Positions 48,500 to 50,867 of a stretch of 50,867 bases of DNA are shown here, piece by piece. Position numbers and translations under genes: made by a program. This DNA comes from Eledone cirrhosa (lineage: Eukaryota): NCBI GenBank assembly GCA_964016885.1, contig CAXHJY010001356.1, positions 1-50,867 of the forward strand, written 5' to 3'. Under the pieces are notes generated by a model. It did not search any database. It worked only from the letters and a program-made list of their open reading frames with translations, and was not told the origin of the DNA. Positions within the stretch are counted from its first letter, which is position 1; each line of letters begins with the position of its first letter.

Positions 48500-49751
48500 T
48501 TGACTGATTTACTGTGGATGGTCATTGCTGGTTGATGGATGGCTGAGTGTGGATGTTGGATGGTGTCTGGTGGAGTGTGGACGGTGGTGTGGTGTTCGAT
48601 GGTCGCCATATTCAATAACCAATGAAACCAAGTCAACAACTCTACCATTTACTGGCAATCCGTGTTGTTGTTGTTGTTGTTGTTGTTTTGGTCCTTTAAT
48701 CTTTACAGCTAAGATTACATTCTACACTTCTCTCTCTCTCTCCCTCATTCACTCACTCACTCTCCACCTCTCTCTCTTCCTCTCTATCCCTCTCTCTCTC
48801 TCTCTATCCCCCTCCCCCCTCTCTCTCTATCTCTCTCTCACTCACTCACTTCACTCACTCACTCACTCTTTATTTCACTCCCTCTCTCTCCCATTCTCTC
48901 TCTCTCCCTCTCTGTCTCTGTCGCTCTCTCCCTCTACCTCTCTCTCTCCCTCCTCCTCTCCTCCACAGCCCCTCCTCCTCTCCTCCACAGCCCCTCCTCC
49001 TCTTTCTATTATTTCAGCTATAAATATGTTTTCTTCTTCATTTACTTTATTAATTAGGAGAAAGAAAGAAGGAAAGAAAGAAAGAAGGAAAGAAAGAATT
49101 AATAACAAAGTCGTTATGACGAAAATATAAATCTTGTTTTTGATGTTGGTCTGTTTCTTGTCCAGTGGGGGGGGCATTAGTGGTGGTGGTGGTGTTGTGG
49201 TGGTGGTGGTGGTGGTGGTTGGTAGCGTTATTAGTATGGTTGTTGTTGTTATTGGTGGTGGTGGTGGTGGTGGTGGAGGAGGTGTTCCAACAAACATATT
49301 GTGGTTTAATGAAATCCGTTTCAAAAGACTTCTACAGTCAATATTGGATATAACAAATAACATCAGTAGCAGCAGCAACAACAACAACAGCAACAACATC
49401 AACAGCTTCAACAACAATTCTCTCCCTCTCGTCTCTCTCTCTCTCTCTCTTGCTTCTTCTCTCTATCTCTATCTCTCTCTCCAAGACTGGGCACTTGACC
49501 TTCATATTCACCCCCCTCCATGACTGGCTTCACCCCACCCCTCTCTCTCCCTCTCTCTCCTTCTTTCTCTCTCTCTCTCATGTATTATAACACAGTGAAT
49601 GTCCTTCCTATCACCAACCACTTTACACAATGAAGTCGATACATTTTACCATGGCACTCGCTCTAGGGAGGTTGTCATGTCTTTGACACAACCTAAGAGT
49701 CCTTTCAACTCTTCTTACCTCATGATTTCTTCAGCTGGATGTCCTTCCCAA

Positions 49752-50051
49752 CACCACCCAAAGGCAGATGTAGATCATCTTTACCTTCCCAAAACTCAAA
49801 AAGGCTTAGACTTGGCCGAGTTTGAACTGTCTTACAACTCGCTGAAAAACACGAGAGGAGTAAGAAGCTTCATTCGATCTTAAAAGACAGCAAAACTTTT
49901 GCTACTGACTTCACGACTTAAAATCCACACTAGAGAGACCAGGAGTATTGTGGCAACTCTTGTTGCAAAACAAGTAAATTTAATGGCTAAGAAAACGGAG
50001 CATGAGCAATTAACATCAAAGTGGAAGCAGAAACCTCTGCATCCCAAATAT
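49752..50051 (+). mobile_element. Decayed R4/Dong-like non-LTR retrotransposon ORF fragment
   Basis: Across frameshifts: HHPKADVDHLYLPKTQKGLDL / EKHERSKKLHSILKDS / AKQVNLMAKKTEHEQLTSKWKQKPLHPKY. These match the HHPKADV.RLYLPR..GGRGL and W..KPLHG.Y motifs downstream of RT in R4/Dong elements. Confidence 0.82.
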
Positions 50052-50266
50052 ATGACCCATGGAAATATGTGACCCATTACAAATATGTGACCCATCACAA
50101 GCAAGCTGGCACCAAACACTTTACAATATATTCTAGTTTTAAACTTTAAGAATTTTCCCAGCCTTTCAAGACTCCTTGCTAAAGTTTAACCCCAACAGTT
50201 TTATTATCAAAAGCCTTCAGGCTAAAACCATTCCTTATTTCTCAGCCCTTCTTTTATTCTTTAATT

Positions 50267-50340
50267 ACAGTTTACTTGGTGTCAGTCATGGAATGCGACC
50301 CTACTGGAGCACTGCTTTCAAGAGGGTAATTACCCCAGTA
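50267..50340 (-). mobile_element. Degenerate fragment of a second cephalopod SINE family
   Basis: TTTACTTG.T.TCAGTCAT...TGCG.CC...CTGGAGCAC.GC.TT..ACCCCAG resembles a recalled octopus repeat consensus; not verifiable within the window. Confidence 0.4.
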
Positions 50341-50371
50341 AGTTGTCTTATACTTCTTCTATGTTCTATAG

Positions 50372-50425
50372 ATTTATGTATAACAATTCTTATAATTCTC
50401 CATCTGAAAGCAATGTTTTACTCAG
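50372..50425 (+). other. Candidate 54-nt internal exon
   Basis: Acceptor CTTATACTTCTTCTATGTTCTATAG| and donor CAG|GTGAGG; length is a multiple of 3; open in two phases (LCITILIILHLKAMFYS or FMYNNSYNSPSESNVLL). Confidence 0.35.
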
Positions 50426-50867
50426 GTGAGGTATTCACTGTTTGATACAGAAATTTTCATTTACAACACAGTATGAGAAAGTTGCCATTTAAAAATAAAA
50501 ATAATTAGTTGAACTTAAAATTCGTGTGAAATTTTAAATTACCCGCAAAACATTTGTCGTAAAATTTCGAAGAAAAGAAAAGAAAAATAAGACAAAAAAA
50601 ATCTGAAATATGTAAGAATATTATTGAAGAGAAAGGAAAGGTGGAATTACTGAAATAAAAAGATCAATGTTTGATACTGAAAAGCGATGGTAGTAGATTG
50701 AAGGAGGTCGATAATCTAGTATTATTACTTTAACTACATACTAAATAATTTAAATGATGAATATATTGTATAACAACCGTAACATTTTAGTTGATGTATG
50801 GAAACATATAGTGGGATATACACTCATATAGATATCTATCTATATATATATATATATGTTGATAGAT

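Overview
Eukaryotic, AT-rich, microsatellite-dominated non-coding DNA (intergenic or intronic). It is probably from an octopus or other coleoid cephalopod; this is inferred from recalled SINE consensus motifs and the extreme simple-repeat load, not from a search. I found no intact protein-coding gene, and nearly all supplied ORFs are translations of (AT)n, (GT)n, (CT)n, (GGT)n, (AAC)n or (CCAA)n tracts. The unique-sequence islands hold tRNA-type SINE copies (one with a 16-bp target-site duplication), decayed LINE fragments (RTE 3' end, R4/Dong-like ORF piece, possible RT motif), several minisatellites (40, 25, 29, ~42 and ~80 bp units), a tandem pair of 72-nt tRNA-like Pol III units, a ~190-bp direct repeat, candidate regulatory islands (X-box, E-box, ETS, YY1-type motifs) and a candidate 54-nt exon. 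The strongest unexplained signal is a set of minimal type I hammerhead ribozyme folds in short non-coding elements near (AT)n tracts. Two have intact catalytic cores (105-198 +, with a 61-nt stem II; 41329-41394 -), one is a variant (9573-9610 -), and a two-copy element carries an internally inverted hairpin segment. All folds and alignments were done by eye.
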